Shown one piece after another: positions 63,825 through 64,000 of a stretch of 64,000 nt of DNA (position 1 is the first letter of the stretch; each line of letters starts with the position of its first letter). The notes beneath the pieces were generated by a model. It made no database searches, was not told the origin of the DNA, and worked only from the letters and a program-made list of their open reading frames with translations. Source of the stretch: an uncultured Verrucomicrobiae bacterium (GTDB lineage Bacteria > Verrucomicrobiota > Verrucomicrobiia > Chthoniobacterales > JAFAMB01); contig CAWAIK010000003.1 in NCBI GenBank assembly GCA_963782115.1, positions 256,001 through 320,000 on the forward strand, given 5' to 3'. The translations under genes and the position numbers were made by a program.

Positions 63825-64000
63825 ATCAATAGACTTGGTGCTTTCGCGAGTGAGAAGTCAAGAAAACTGACGATGCCAATAGCGAGCTTCGTACCTGGCG
63901 CTCGGATGCCGCGAGTCCAGAAGTATCCGATCAGGAATCGTCGACATCCCGATGCTTCCTCAGCGCTGTGCTCACCAGACCCGTCTGAGGGTCATCCGGA

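Noticed and set aside
1..64000. Frameshifts as general sequencing error
   Set aside because: Long blocks (27095-39384 and 50399-60856) have none, and indels cluster in genes that mostly have other lesions; individual cases still need read checks.

Overview
Bacterial DNA, probably a soil Verrucomicrobiota (Chthoniobacterales-like) genome; the taxon is inferred from gene style and repeat families, not proven. Three intact blocks stand out: (1) a 12.3-kb alternative complex III plus caa3-type (A2) cytochrome c oxidase operon (27095-39384); (2) a general-stress/carbohydrate group (cupin, Zn-ADH, PPase-like, DUF883, YciF, DUF4336, GH15); (3) an amidase/peptidase/transporter group ending in a cytochrome P450-like gene. 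The rest is heavily decayed: a defence-island remnant (TA pair, YhcG, GHKL ATPase stub, kinase-NTPase-TPR gene), intact IS701 and IS630 elements, remnants of IS5, ISKra4 and another transposase, and many gene stubs, several with clean internal deletions. The most unusual signals are a P450-fold protein with a canonical twin-arginine export signal and a non-canonical I-helix (62214-63824), a RAYT transposase inside nested inverted repeats with a copy of its own 3' end held between REPs (40958-42292), and an ActG-like gene with a triplicated N-terminal module. I recognised no rRNA, tRNA or CRISPR array. All family calls come from motif recognition by eye; no database search was run.
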